Notes: generated by a model not told the origin, from the letters alone. Counted from the first letter of the stretch, positions 37,578 to 47,024 are shown. The stretch is DNA of 57,826 bases from Candidatus Flemingiibacterium sp. (GCA_045579105.1 JAZNLM010000046.1:1-57826), one strand, 5' to 3'. Made by a program: numbers and translations.

Positions 37578-38608
37578 TTGGCACCTCCGAATTTCTTGGG
37601 CTTGGTGTAAAGGTCAAGATACCATACGAGCAGATTCATTATAAGTATCGAGAAGGATACGCCCTCGGGATATGTTCCGAAGTAACGGATAAACACGGTG
37701 ATTAAACCACAGCCAATACCGTATATGATGCGGCCGCGCGGCATAATGGGCGAGGTGGAATAGTCGGTCGCCATAAATATCGCGCCGAGGAAAAGTCCGC
37801 CCGAAAGTATTTCCCAAAGAGCGAAATCAAGCGCGTTTGCGCCCTGCGGGAATATGAGTGCTAGAACAAACACCGTGCCTATATAAGCAATCGGAGTATG
37901 CCAAGTTATGATGCGGCGTGCAAGCAAGTAAATAAATCCTGCCGTTAGAAGAAGCGCAGAAACTTCACCGATACAGCCCGCTTCGTTTCCGATAAGAGCA
38001 TCGAAAAGGGTGGCGTTTGTGGGAAGTGAGCCTTCTTTGAGAGAGGACAGAGGAGTTGCACTTGCAACAATATCTGGTGCGCCGATTGAGATAGGCGACA
38101 TTGCCGTGCCCTGCTTGGGGTACGAGTTAAGATAGGGCCACGCAAAAAGGAAAACTCTTGCAGCGAGTGCCGGGTTCATAAAGTTTCTTCCGATACCGCC
38201 GAAAAGCTGTTTTACAACGATTATAGCGAATATCGAACCTACTGCGGGTATCCACAGCGGTACAGACACAGGAAGATTAAGCGCAAGAAGAAGTCCCGTT
38301 ACAACCGCGGAAAAGTCGAGCACGGTTATCGGCTTCTTCATTATTTTCTGATACACGAATTCGGAAAGCACGGCAAATATTACGGAGATTGCCGTTATTG
38401 TCAGTGCTCTCCAACCGAACATATATATGCCCCATATAAGTGCGGGCATAAGCGCTATACAAACATCGAGCATAACAGTTCTTGTGGTAACGTACGCGCG
38501 AATGTGAGGTGAAGGTGATACCGTGAGGAATTCGGGCATATGCGCGTCTATAGTATCCTCTACGGGTGAGGTTATCATTTCGTTTTTTGTTTCAGAGGCG
38601 TTTGACAT
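37574..38608 (-). CDS. rnfD: Rnf complex subunit D
   Basis: VSPSPHIRA, FGGIGRNFMNPALAARVF, ASATPLSSLK (FMN-attachment-type SxAT motif) and FMATDYSTSP. It overlaps rnfE by 4 nt. Confidence 0.93.
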   Translation of the reverse strand: MSNASETKNEMITSPVEDTIDAHMPEFLTVSPSPHIRAYVTTRTVMLDVCIALMPALIWGIYMFGWRALTITAISVIFAVLSEFVYQKIMKKPITVLDFSAVVTGLLLALNLPVSVPLWIPAVGSIFAIIVVKQLFGGIGRNFMNPALAARVFLFAWPYLNSYPKQGTAMSPISIGAPDIVASATPLSSLKEGSLPTNATLFDALIGNEAGCIGEVSALLLTAGFIYLLARRIITWHTPIAYIGTVFVLALIFPQGANALDFALWEILSGGLFLGAIFMATDYSTSPIMPRGRIIYGIGCGLITVFIRYFGTYPEGVSFSILIMNLLVWYLDLYTKPKKFGGAK

Positions 38609-39978
38609 TACTCATCCTCCTTCTTAGGTTTATTTTCTTCAAGGGCTTTCTGCATGGCCTTCTTGCGGTCGTTTATCTTCATTTTTGTGGCGCGTATGCG
38701 CTGAACTATTGAAACGTGACCGGGGCAGTTGTATGAGCAGCTTCCGCACTCGATACAGCTCATGATATTGAACTGTTCTGCCAAATCAAGACGTCCAAGC
38801 TTTGAGAACATCGTCAGATAATTGGGCATGAGATGCATGGGGCAGTTCTTGACGCAGCGCCCGCATCTGATGCATATCGGCGGCTGTTCGTATTTATACT
38901 CCATATCAGCGGAAAGAGCAAGTACGGCAGATGTTCCTTTTGTTATCGGTGTGTTGATATCCCACTGTGCCGCACCCATCATCGGACCGCCGCAGATTAG
39001 TTTTCGGGGAGTTTTGACAAGTCCGCCGCAGAATTCGATAAGGTCGCGGTAGGTAGTACCTATCGGGGCAAAAACATTGCCGGGATTTTTGATGCAGTCA
39101 CCGTCAACGGTTACGATACGCTCAACAAGCGGCATACCCGTCTGCATAACGTTGTAAATAGCCGCCGCAGTTTCTGCATTGAATACACAGCAGCCGACCT
39201 CTGTGGGAAGTCTGCCTGCCGCAAGACGTCTTTTGGTGAGCGCGTATATAAGCTGACGCTCGTCGCCCTGCGGATATTTTGTTTTAAGAACTTTTACTTT
39301 TATGGAAGTATCCTCGCCAAGGGTGTCTTTAAGCACTTTGGCAGCATCAAGTTTATTGTCCTCTACGCCTATAATACCTTCTTTAAGACCGAATGTGTGC
39401 ATAAGCACTTTCAGTCCGCCGATAACGGCTTCGGGATATTCTAACATCAAACGGTGATTAGCCGTTATAAACGGTTCACACTCTGCGCCGTTTATGATGA
39501 GAGTGTCTATCTTTCCGAGCGCTGAGCTAATCTTTGCGTACGTCGGGAATGTAGCGCCGCCCATACCGGAAATACCGGCATTTTTGACTATCTCGATTAT
39601 TTCCCCTGCGCTTGTATCACAAAGTGCCTTATCCCACGGTTTTATATCGGGATGAATCGTGTTCTTTCCGTCGTTTTCGATGATGACGGTGTGTATCATT
39701 GCGCCGTTTATACCCGGCATATATTCCATATTTACAACTGTGCCTGACACGCTTGCGTGTACAGGACATCCAAGACCGTCTTCGACTTTGCCGATGAGCT
39801 GACCTTTACAAACTGTGTTGCCAATTTCAACGCAAGGGACAGCCTGTGCACCGATATGCTGCGACATCGGTATTGCTACGGTTTTTGGCGGCGTCATGTG
39901 AGCAATAGCACAGCCGCGAGTATTCTTGTGTTCTTTTACGTGGATACCGCCACGGAAGGTAAGAGCCAATTCTTTCAC
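38608..39978 (-). CDS. rnfC: Rnf complex subunit C
   Basis: FRGGIHVKEHK at the N-terminus, GMGGATFPTYAK, and two C-terminal ferredoxin motifs CIRCGRCVKNCP and CIECGSCSYNCP. The start is ambiguous: GTG at 39978, or TTG at 39969 six nt after GAGGTG. Confidence 0.9.
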   Translation of the reverse strand: MKELALTFRGGIHVKEHKNTRGCAIAHMTPPKTVAIPMSQHIGAQAVPCVEIGNTVCKGQLIGKVEDGLGCPVHASVSGTVVNMEYMPGINGAMIHTVIIENDGKNTIHPDIKPWDKALCDTSAGEIIEIVKNAGISGMGGATFPTYAKISSALGKIDTLIINGAECEPFITANHRLMLEYPEAVIGGLKVLMHTFGLKEGIIGVEDNKLDAAKVLKDTLGEDTSIKVKVLKTKYPQGDERQLIYALTKRRLAAGRLPTEVGCCVFNAETAAAIYNVMQTGMPLVERIVTVDGDCIKNPGNVFAPIGTTYRDLIEFCGGLVKTPRKLICGGPMMGAAQWDINTPITKGTSAVLALSADMEYKYEQPPICIRCGRCVKNCPMHLMPNYLTMFSKLGRLDLAEQFNIMSCIECGSCSYNCPGHVSIVQRIRATKMKINDRKKAMQKALEENKPKKEDE

Positions 39979-40022
39979 CTCGTTTTTATTTTGTGAATTT
40001 TGAAATATAATCTCATGAATAC

Positions 40023-40051
40023 ATTATACTATACCATCTTAAAAATTGCAA
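40023..40051 (-). promoter_or_regulatory. candidate sigma-A promoter for the rnf operon
   Basis: On the minus strand: TTGCAA (40046..40051), 17-nt spacer, TATAAT (40023..40028). Confidence 0.45.
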
Positions 40052-40234
40052 GAGCAAAAACCACGAAATTAACAAAAAAATCGATTTCCAGCTGTAATTC
40101 TATGCAAATTGTCAACAAAATAACAAAGTGACGAGTAGTCATCCTTTTGAAGAAGGAAAGATGACATCCGTAATGTGAAAATATATACATTGTTTGTTAA
40201 CAACGCCGAAAATGAAAAATCTTTCAAATACCCG

Positions 40235-40263
40235 TTGACAAGCACCACAATATATGGTATCAT
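40235..40263 (+). promoter_or_regulatory. candidate sigma-A promoter (extended -10) for nrdDG
   Basis: TTGACA (40235..40240), 17-nt spacer ending in TGG, TATCAT (40258..40263). Confidence 0.55.
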
Positions 40264-40292
40264 AGAAAAGCAACAACCACTATATGTTGTGG
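40245..40292 (+). promoter_or_regulatory. tandem NrdR boxes
   Basis: CCACAATATATGGTAT (40245..40260) and CCACTATATGTTGTGG (40277..40292). Both are close to the acaCaAtATaTtgTgt NrdR consensus, and they are 32 bp apart start to start. Box 1 lies inside the promoter spacer. Confidence 0.6.
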
Positions 40293-40334
40293 TAACGATG
40301 AAAATAATATGTAAAAATGCGGAGATAAAAATTT

Positions 40335-42509
40335 ATGAAAATAATCAAAAGAAACGGCTCTGAAGCGGAGTTTGACAAGTCCAAAATTTCCATAGCCATC
40401 AGCAAGGCTAACGATGCTATTGAGGAAGCGTACAGAATAACGCCGCTTCAGATTGAGCGCATAGTTGAAAGCGTAGTTATAAGCTGTGAAACACTCGGAC
40501 GTTCGCCTGAGGTCGAGGAAGTTCAGGATATGGTTGAGCATCAGCTTATGGCGCATGGGGCTTTCGAGCTTGCAAAGCTGTACATCACCTATCGTTACAC
40601 GAGAAGCCTTGTTCGTCAGTCGAACACAACTGACGACAAGATACTCTCTCTTATCGAGTGTAACAACGAAGAAGCAAAGCAGGAAAACGCGAACAAAAAC
40701 CCGGTTATCAACTCCACCCAGCGCGACTATATGGCAGGTGAGGTGTCGCGCGATATCACCACTCGCATACTTCTGCCCGAGGATATTGTCAAGGCGCATA
40801 ACGAGGGCATAATCCATTTCCACGACACCGACTATTACGCGCAGCATATGCACAACTGTGACCTCGTTAATCTCGAGGATATGCTGCAGAACGGTACAGT
40901 TATCACGGGTACTCTTATCGAGCGCCCGCACAGCTTCTCTACCGCTTGTAATATCGCAACGCAGATAATCGCGCAGGTTGCTTCGAATCAATACGGTGGT
41001 CAGTCCATTTCGCTTACTCATCTTGCTCCGTTTGTACAGGTCAGCCGGGATAAGATAACCGCAGACGTTAAGGAAGAAAACAAGAGTATCGGGCTTGAAC
41101 TTGCAGACGAGATGATAAGTGAGCTTGTTGAGAAACGACTTCGCGAGGAGATTCGTCGCGGTGTTCAGACCATACAGTATCAGGTCGTAACTCTTCTTAC
41201 CACAAACGGTCAGGCGCCTTTCGTTACGGTATTTATGTATCTTAACGAAGCCAAGAACGAAGCCGAAAAGCGCGATCTTGCAATGATAATCGAGGAAGTT
41301 CTAAATCAGCGATATCAGGGCGTTAAGAACGAGAAGGGCATTTGGGTAACACCCGCGTTCCCGAAGCTCGTTTACGTTCTCGAAGAAGATAATATCAACG
41401 AGGACGCGCCGTATTATTATCTCACTAAGCTCGCAGCAAAGTGTACAGCGAAGCGTATGGTACCTGACTACATCTCCGAAAAAAAGATGCTTGAACTGAA
41501 GATTGATAAAAATGGCGACGGTCATTGCTACACCTGCATGGGCTGCCGCAGCTTCCTTACTCCTTACGTTGACGAAAACGGTCAGCCGAAGTATTACGGA
41601 AGATTTAATCAGGGCGTTGTGACGCTTAACCTTGTTGACATCGCGCTGTCGAGCGAAAAGGACCGTGACTCGTTCTGGAAGATATTCGACGAGCGACTTG
41701 AGCTTTGTCACCGAGCGCTTATGTGCCGCCATGAGCGTCTTAAGGGTACGCTGTCCGATGCCGCGCCTATTCTCTGGCAGTACGGTGCGCTTGCAAGACT
41801 CGGAAAGGGTGAGAAGATTGACAAGCTTCTTTACGGTGGATATTCGACCATTTCTCTCGGGTACGCAGGGCTTTATGAGTGCGTACGTTATATGACGGGC
41901 AGATCACACACCGATCCCGATGCAACACCGTTTGCACTTGAGGTTATGGAGTATATGAACGCCGCTTGCCGCAAGTGGAAGGCGGAGCATAATATCGACT
42001 TTTCACTTTACGGTACACCGCTTGAATCAACAACGTATAAGTTTGCAAAGTGCTTACAGCGCCGTTTTGGTATCATCAAGGATGTTACCGACAAGTCGTA
42101 CATCACAAACTCCTATCACATTCACGTTACCGAAGATGTCAACGCCTTTGACAAGCTAATATTTGAGGCAAAATTCCAAGCGCTTTCGCCAGGCGGAGCT
42201 ATAAGCTACGTCGAAGTTCCGAATATGCAGAACAATCTCGAGGCGGTAATGCAGGTTATCCGTTGTATTTACGATAACATTATGTACGCGGAGCTTAACA
42301 CCAAGAGTGATTACTGTCAGGAGTGCGGCTTTGACGGTGAGATTGAGATTCGTGAGGTGGACGGCAAGCTTATTTGGACTTGCCCCAACTGCGGTAACAC
42401 CGACCAAGATAAGATGAACGTAGCACGCCGTACCTGCGGATACATCGGCACACAGTTCTGGAATCAGGGCAGAACGCAGGAAATCAAGGAAAGAGTGCTT
42501 CACTTATAA
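40335..42509 (+). CDS. nrdD: anaerobic ribonucleoside-triphosphate reductase (class III), with N-terminal ATP-cone
   Basis: ATP-cone MKIIKRNGSEAEFDKSKI, C-terminal Zn ribbon CQECGF...CPNCG, and glycyl-radical motif RRTCGYIG. Confidence 0.95.
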   Translation: MKIIKRNGSEAEFDKSKISIAISKANDAIEEAYRITPLQIERIVESVVISCETLGRSPEVEEVQDMVEHQLMAHGAFELAKLYITYRYTRSLVRQSNTTDDKILSLIECNNEEAKQENANKNPVINSTQRDYMAGEVSRDITTRILLPEDIVKAHNEGIIHFHDTDYYAQHMHNCDLVNLEDMLQNGTVITGTLIERPHSFSTACNIATQIIAQVASNQYGGQSISLTHLAPFVQVSRDKITADVKEENKSIGLELADEMISELVEKRLREEIRRGVQTIQYQVVTLLTTNGQAPFVTVFMYLNEAKNEAEKRDLAMIIEEVLNQRYQGVKNEKGIWVTPAFPKLVYVLEEDNINEDAPYYYLTKLAAKCTAKRMVPDYISEKKMLELKIDKNGDGHCYTCMGCRSFLTPYVDENGQPKYYGRFNQGVVTLNLVDIALSSEKDRDSFWKIFDERLELCHRALMCRHERLKGTLSDAAPILWQYGALARLGKGEKIDKLLYGGYSTISLGYAGLYECVRYMTGRSHTDPDATPFALEVMEYMNAACRKWKAEHNIDFSLYGTPLESTTYKFAKCLQRRFGIIKDVTDKSYITNSYHIHVTEDVNAFDKLIFEAKFQALSPGGAISYVEVPNMQNNLEAVMQVIRCIYDNIMYAELNTKSDYCQECGFDGEIEIREVDGKLIWTCPNCGNTDQDKMNVARRTCGYIGTQFWNQGRTQEIKERVLHL

Positions 42510-43030
42510 TGCATTACGGAAATATTAAAAACTGTGACGTCGCCAATGGAGAGGGCGTTCGCGTAACGCTTTTTGTGTCGGGGTGTACTAACCGGTGTGA
42601 GCACTGCTTTCAGCCGGAAACGTGGGATTTTTTGTACGGTGAGGAGTTCACGGCGGCAGTTGAAGACAAGATAATCGAAATGCTCGCGCTGTCCTATATA
42701 AACGGTCTTACAGTACTCGGCGGAGAGCCGTTTGAACCGTCGAATCAGCGCGCGTTGTTACCATTCCTTACCCGTGTCCGCGCGGCGTATCCCGACAAAA
42801 GCATATGGGTGTTTACAGGATTTACATTTGAGGAGTTAAAGTGTGACGGCTCGCACCCGAGATGCGAGTGTACGGACGAAATACTCTCGCTTATCGACGT
42901 ACTCGTCGACGGCAGATATGAGCACGCAAAGCGCAATCTGTCACTCAAATTCCGCGGTTCGTCAAATCAGCGCCTTATAAACGTGACGAAAACGCTTGAA
43001 GTAGGCGAAGTTGTGCTTTGGGACGAATAA
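42509..43030 (+). CDS. nrdG: anaerobic ribonucleotide reductase activating protein (radical SAM)
   Basis: NIKNCDVANGEGVRVTLFVSGCTNRCEHCFQPETW. The start overlaps the nrdD stop (TAATG). Confidence 0.9.
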   Translation: MHYGNIKNCDVANGEGVRVTLFVSGCTNRCEHCFQPETWDFLYGEEFTAAVEDKIIEMLALSYINGLTVLGGEPFEPSNQRALLPFLTRVRAAYPDKSIWVFTGFTFEELKCDGSHPRCECTDEILSLIDVLVDGRYEHAKRNLSLKFRGSSNQRLINVTKTLEVGEVVLWDE

Positions 43031-43035
43031 TTTTG

Positions 43036-43063
43036 GGGTGCTGTCCGTTTGCGGACAGCACCC
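43036..43063 (+). terminator. terminator after nrdG
   Basis: A 12-bp perfect stem GGGTGCTGTCCG/CGGACAGCACCC with loop TTTG. The T-tract is interrupted (TTCTTGT). Confidence 0.65.
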
Positions 43064-43108
43064 TTCTTGTGCACAGAGCAATTTTTTTGATTTTTCATAA
43101 AATATATA

Positions 43109-43137
43109 TTGAAATTTTTACTTTAGTGTGCTACAAT
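43109..43137 (+). promoter_or_regulatory. candidate sigma-A promoter (extended -10) for dapL
   Basis: TTGAAA (43109..43114), 17-nt spacer ending in TGC, TACAAT (43132..43137). Confidence 0.5.
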
Positions 43138-43171
43138 ATACCTATTGATGAATTTCAAAGGGAGATCACAT

Positions 43172-44356
43172 ATGAAAATCAATACCAACTACAAAAAACT
43201 CAAGGAAAGCTATCTTTTTTCCGATATAGCGAAAAAAGTTGCCGATTTTAAGGCAAACAATCCCGACGCTGACGTTATCCGCCTTGGTATAGGCGACGTT
43301 ACGCTTCCGCTTTGCTCTGCTGTTGTTGGGGCGCTTCACGCGGCTACCGACGAAATGGCAAACAAGGACACATTCAAGGGTTACGGTCCCGAGCAGGGCT
43401 ACGGCTTCTTAAAGGATGCTATCAAGGATTACTACAAGAGTGAGGACGGCGTAGAGCTTAACGCTGACGAAATCTTCATTTCTGACGGTGCAAAGAGCGA
43501 TCTTGGAAATATTCTCGACATCTTCGCAAAGGACAATACCGTCCTTGTTCCTGATCCTGTTTATCCCGTTTACGTTGACACGAACACTATGGACGGACGT
43601 AATATCATTTATATGAACGGCAGTGCGGAGAATAACTTTCTTCCGATGCCCGACGACAGCGTTGATGCGGACATTATCTATCTTTGCTCACCGAACAACC
43701 CCACCGGCGCGGCATACAACCGCGATCAGATGAAGGCGTGGGTTGACTACGCAAAGGCAAAGGACGCTATCATTCTTTTCGATGCGGCTTATGAATCGTT
43801 TGTTTCCTCGAAGGAGCTTGTTCGCTCAATCTATGAGGTTGAGGGAGCGCGCGACTGTGCTATTGAGTTCTGTTCGTTCTCCAAGACTGCGGGATTTACC
43901 GGTACTCGCTGCGGTTGGACTATAGTTCCGCTTGAGCTTAACTGCGACGGACTTTCTCTTAACAAGCTCTGGCTTCGCCGTCAGACAACTAAATTCAACG
44001 GTGTTTCCTATCCCGTACAACGAGCTGCTGCGGCGGTGTTCACTCCCGAAGGACGCGCGCAGATTGCAGAAAATCTGGCTTACTACAAGGAAAACGCAAG
44101 CATTATTACTGCGGCGCTTGATGAGCTTGGTATCTGGTACACCGGCGGCGTAAACTCTCCCTACATTTGGCTCAAGTGCCCGAGCGGTATGGGCTCGTGG
44201 GAATTCTTCGACTTGCTTTTAACGAAGGCTAACGTCGTAGGTACCCCCGGTGCTGGTTTTGGCGAGATGGGCGAGGGCTTCTTCCGCCTTACTGCATTCG
44301 GTGACCGTGAGCGTACCCGCGAGGCGGCAGAGAGAATTAAAAAGCTATTTAAATAA
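43172..44356 (+). CDS. dapL: LL-diaminopimelate aminotransferase
   Basis: [23 protein letters not shown]...[12 protein letters not shown]...CSPNNPTG...[15 protein letters not shown] (PLP lysine), characteristic of the DapL class. The start is set at the ATG after GGGAG. Confidence 0.88.
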   Translation: MKINTNYKKLKESYLFSDIAKKVADFKANNPDADVIRLGIGDVTLPLCSAVVGALHAATDEMANKDTFKGYGPEQGYGFLKDAIKDYYKSEDGVELNADEIFISDGAKSDLGNILDIFAKDNTVLVPDPVYPVYVDTNTMDGRNIIYMNGSAENNFLPMPDDSVDADIIYLCSPNNPTGAAYNRDQMKAWVDYAKAKDAIILFDAAYESFVSSKELVRSIYEVEGARDCAIEFCSFSKTAGFTGTRCGWTIVPLELNCDGLSLNKLWLRRQTTKFNGVSYPVQRAAAAVFTPEGRAQIAENLAYYKENASIITAALDELGIWYTGGVNSPYIWLKCPSGMGSWEFFDLLLTKANVVGTPGAGFGEMGEGFFRLTAFGDRERTREAAERIKKLFK

Positions 44357-44365
44357 TGGACGAAA

Positions 44366-44397
44366 AGTAGGGCGCTGTGATTTCACAGCGCCCTACT
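44366..44397 (+). terminator. terminator after dapL
   Basis: A long stem AGTAGGGCGCTGTGA/TCACAGCGCCCTACT, followed by TGGATATTTTTT. Confidence 0.8.
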
Positions 44398-44420
44398 TGG
44401 ATATTTTTTGCGTATTTCGT

Positions 44421-44609
44421 AGGTATCTTACCCGCTGTGTTGATCAGTTTGTAAGCTACACAGGAACGCATATTCCCGATTCGCTCCTCTACGGTTATGC
44501 CAAGTACGGCATCACCAGCCTTGCTATTCACGGCGTTCCTGCAGTTCTCTCGCCATGTCCGTGCGCCCACGAATGTTATAGAAAGCCGTATCCGATTATA
44601 TTTACATAA
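44421..44609 (+). pseudogene. internal fragment of a paralog of the downstream 717-aa gene (gene relic)
   Basis: This is the distal part of track ORF 44250..44609. YLTRCVDQFVSYTGTHIPDSLLYGYAKYGITSLAIHGVPAVLSP aligns with FLSPCGDTFLEDSRSHLPDALLDAYAKQGVKSLFLHAVLSTLSP (about residues 177-220 of the CDS starting at 44825), roughly half identical by eye. It has no start codon, no RBS and no N-terminal region. Confidence 0.5.
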
Positions 44610-44740
44610 TTCAGTACGAAAAGCTGCCTAACCTTTGGAAGCAGTTTACAGTGGTGGCTTATGAAACGTTAAACAACTATCCCCGCACCGAGCGCGATAT
44701 TATCTAAAAATCGGTTCAGTTTGATGTGTTAAAAAAGAAC

Positions 44741-44769
44741 TTGACAATATGTAAATCATATGCTAAAAT
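44741..44769 (+). promoter_or_regulatory. candidate sigma-A promoter (extended -10) for the 717-aa gene
   Basis: TTGACA (44741..44746), 17-nt spacer ending in TGC, TAAAAT (44764..44769). Confidence 0.5.
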
Positions 44770-44824
44770 GAGTGAACAGACGTGAATTTTGTGTGGTCAT
44801 TCATTCTTTTTGGAGGATACCGTT

Positions 44825-46975
44825 ATGCTTCCCAAAATCATAAAAATGACATCTGAAAAAGTGAATTTTCCCACCGTTTGGCAAACAGTAATATACAGAA
44901 ATTACCGAAGGGTACCGAGCGAAAATATTGCCAAGGTTATCGGCTGTACTATAGAGGATGTTGAGCGCGAGGCGGCAAGACTCGGACTTCGTACGGGGGA
45001 GTGTGATCCTGCGTGGCTGCAGCGGGGATACATAACGATTTTCAGAAACAACTGGTTCATACTCACTTACGAGCAACTTATGACATTGCTTGATTTTGAT
45101 GCGCATCGCTTCGAGTTTTCCCTTATGAATGAGGACTTTCTATGGGTTAAGCTCTGTAGGAATAAGCCCGAATGTGAAGCGCCTATATACACTGCACTAA
45201 CTAAAAAGCAGGTAGAGCAAACAGAAACGGTTGCGGCTATCGTTCGAAAGTATGATACGTCAGAGCGTCGGGTGTTCGACTTTTTCACCGATACCACCGA
45301 CACAGAACCGCAGTATTTCGTTACACAGGGCGGGAATATGAGCATTGCTCATGGCTTTCTGTCGCCGTGCGGTGACACGTTCCTTGAGGATTCGCGTTCA
45401 CACCTGCCTGATGCGCTTCTCGATGCTTATGCGAAGCAAGGCGTAAAGTCATTGTTTTTACACGCTGTCCTATCGACTCTTTCTCCGTACCACTACAATC
45501 CGGAGCTGAGCCGTGACTATAAGAAGCGCCGCAAGAACTTAAAGGGCCTTATTGACCGTGCGGCAAAGCGCGGTATGAAAATATTTCTGTATTTCAATGA
45601 GCCGCGGGCGGTTTCAAAGGATATGTTCGATAAATACGGTAATCCGGAAATTGCCGGCAAGGCTCACGGCGACAGCGCTGTCAGCTTGTGTCTTTCTGCC
45701 CAAGAGCCCAAAGAATACCTCTACTATGCAACACGGGACCTTTTCGAGGAACTTCCGGACATTGGCGGTATTTTCACCATTACAATGAGCGAAAACTCCA
45801 CGACCTGCGCTTCGGGCGGTAAAGAAAGATGCAACTGTCCAAGGTGCAAGGATATTCCTGTATATAAGCTTCCAGTGCTTGTAAATAACATAATGCACAA
45901 GGCTATCCGCGATGCTGGAAGTGACGCTGAGGTTATCGCGTACACGTGGGCGTGGGAGCAAAGTATGGGATGGGAGAGCGAGGACATAGAACGTGCTATG
46001 GCCGAGCTGCACTCCGAAATTGCTGTTATGCACGTGAGTGAGGACAGGATGAAGCTTGATAAGGGTGGAATTGAAACCCAGCTTGTTGATTACTCTATCT
46101 CGAATCCCGGTCCAAGCGAATATGCCAAGTTTATCTACAGTGCGGCTATAGAGAACGGTCACAGGTGCTTTGCAAAAGTGCAGGTTTCCTGCAGCTGGGA
46201 GTGTGCGGTTGTACCGTATCTGCCCGTATTCGACCTTGAGATTGAGCACCTTGAAAATCTCCACAAGTTCGGCGTGGACGATTATATGTTAACTTGGACA
46301 CTCGGCGGTTATCCGTCGGTCACATACGACATTATCTCCGACTATATGAAGTCGCCCGATACGTTTGATATTGAGGCGTGGTACAAAAAGCAGTACGGTG
46401 AGGACGCAGAGGGTGTACACCGCGCAGTAAAACTTTTCTGTGAGGGCTTCAAGGAGTACCCCTTCTGCGGGAATCCGCTTTATTTCTCGCCTAAAAATCT
46501 CGGACCTGCAAACCTTTGGAGCCTTACTCCGAACGAAAATCAATCCGCGATGATTTCTTACGGTTTTGATGATGTGGAGAGGTATACGAAGCCGTATCCT
46601 GTCGACATTTATCAGTCGCAGCTAGGGAAGCTTGTGAGCAAGTGGGAAGAGGCGTGTGAAATCCTTAAATATGCCGCGCACAGTGAAATTGCCTGCGAAC
46701 TCTATGTCTTTGCACGTTTTGCAACGCTTCAATATAAGAGTGAGATTATTCACACAAATTACGTGCTTGCAAAACGTAGTCTTCCAGAGAGCCGTGACGA
46801 GCTTCTTACATTGCTCAAAGAAGAGAAAAAGTTGATTTTGGAACAGCTTTCCCTTATGGAAAAGTCGCCGCTTATCGGCTACGAAACGTCCAACCACTAC
46901 TTCTTCACTGAGCGCGAGTATATTGAAAAGCTCCTCAATCTTGATGGTATAGAGAAGCAACTTGCGGTGCTGTGA
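44825..46975 (+). CDS. large uncharacterised cytoplasmic protein (717 aa), possibly a TIM-barrel glycoside-hydrolase-like core with a Cys cluster
   Basis: Long ORF with GGAGGA 7 nt before the ATG at 44825, no signal peptide and no TM segment. The central region (KIFLYFNEPRAV...GGIFTITMSENSTTCASGGKERCNCPRCKD...VIAYTWAWEQ) has an alternating beta/alpha pattern. I cannot assign a family from memory. Confidence 0.6.
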   Translation: MLPKIIKMTSEKVNFPTVWQTVIYRNYRRVPSENIAKVIGCTIEDVEREAARLGLRTGECDPAWLQRGYITIFRNNWFILTYEQLMTLLDFDAHRFEFSLMNEDFLWVKLCRNKPECEAPIYTALTKKQVEQTETVAAIVRKYDTSERRVFDFFTDTTDTEPQYFVTQGGNMSIAHGFLSPCGDTFLEDSRSHLPDALLDAYAKQGVKSLFLHAVLSTLSPYHYNPELSRDYKKRRKNLKGLIDRAAKRGMKIFLYFNEPRAVSKDMFDKYGNPEIAGKAHGDSAVSLCLSAQEPKEYLYYATRDLFEELPDIGGIFTITMSENSTTCASGGKERCNCPRCKDIPVYKLPVLVNNIMHKAIRDAGSDAEVIAYTWAWEQSMGWESEDIERAMAELHSEIAVMHVSEDRMKLDKGGIETQLVDYSISNPGPSEYAKFIYSAAIENGHRCFAKVQVSCSWECAVVPYLPVFDLEIEHLENLHKFGVDDYMLTWTLGGYPSVTYDIISDYMKSPDTFDIEAWYKKQYGEDAEGVHRAVKLFCEGFKEYPFCGNPLYFSPKNLGPANLWSLTPNENQSAMISYGFDDVERYTKPYPVDIYQSQLGKLVSKWEEACEILKYAAHSEIACELYVFARFATLQYKSEIIHTNYVLAKRSLPESRDELLTLLKEEKKLILEQLSLMEKSPLIGYETSNHYFFTEREYIEKLLNLDGIEKQLAVL

Positions 46976-46995
46976 TAGCAGAGTATAATCAAAAT

Positions 46996-47024
46996 ATCGC
47001 ACACATCAGGGTGCGATGTTTTTT
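46996..47024 (+). terminator. terminator after the 717-aa gene
   Basis: Stem ATCGCAC/GTGCGAT with an 8-nt loop, followed by GTTTTTT. Confidence 0.6.

Noticed and set aside
40194-40203. TTGTTAACAA palindrome, and a TTGTGAA half-site near 39990, considered as Rex boxes for rnf/nrd
   Set aside because: The Rex operator needs two half-sites separated by a spacer (TTGTGAAnnnnnnTTCACAA or TTGTTAAnnnnTTAACAA). Here there is only a contiguous 10-mer and a lone half-site.
44250-44609. 119-aa ORF treated as a real gene
   Set aside because: Its first ~50 codons are out-of-frame dapL sequence and run through the dapL terminator. Only the distal part is meaningful, and it is reported as a paralog fragment.
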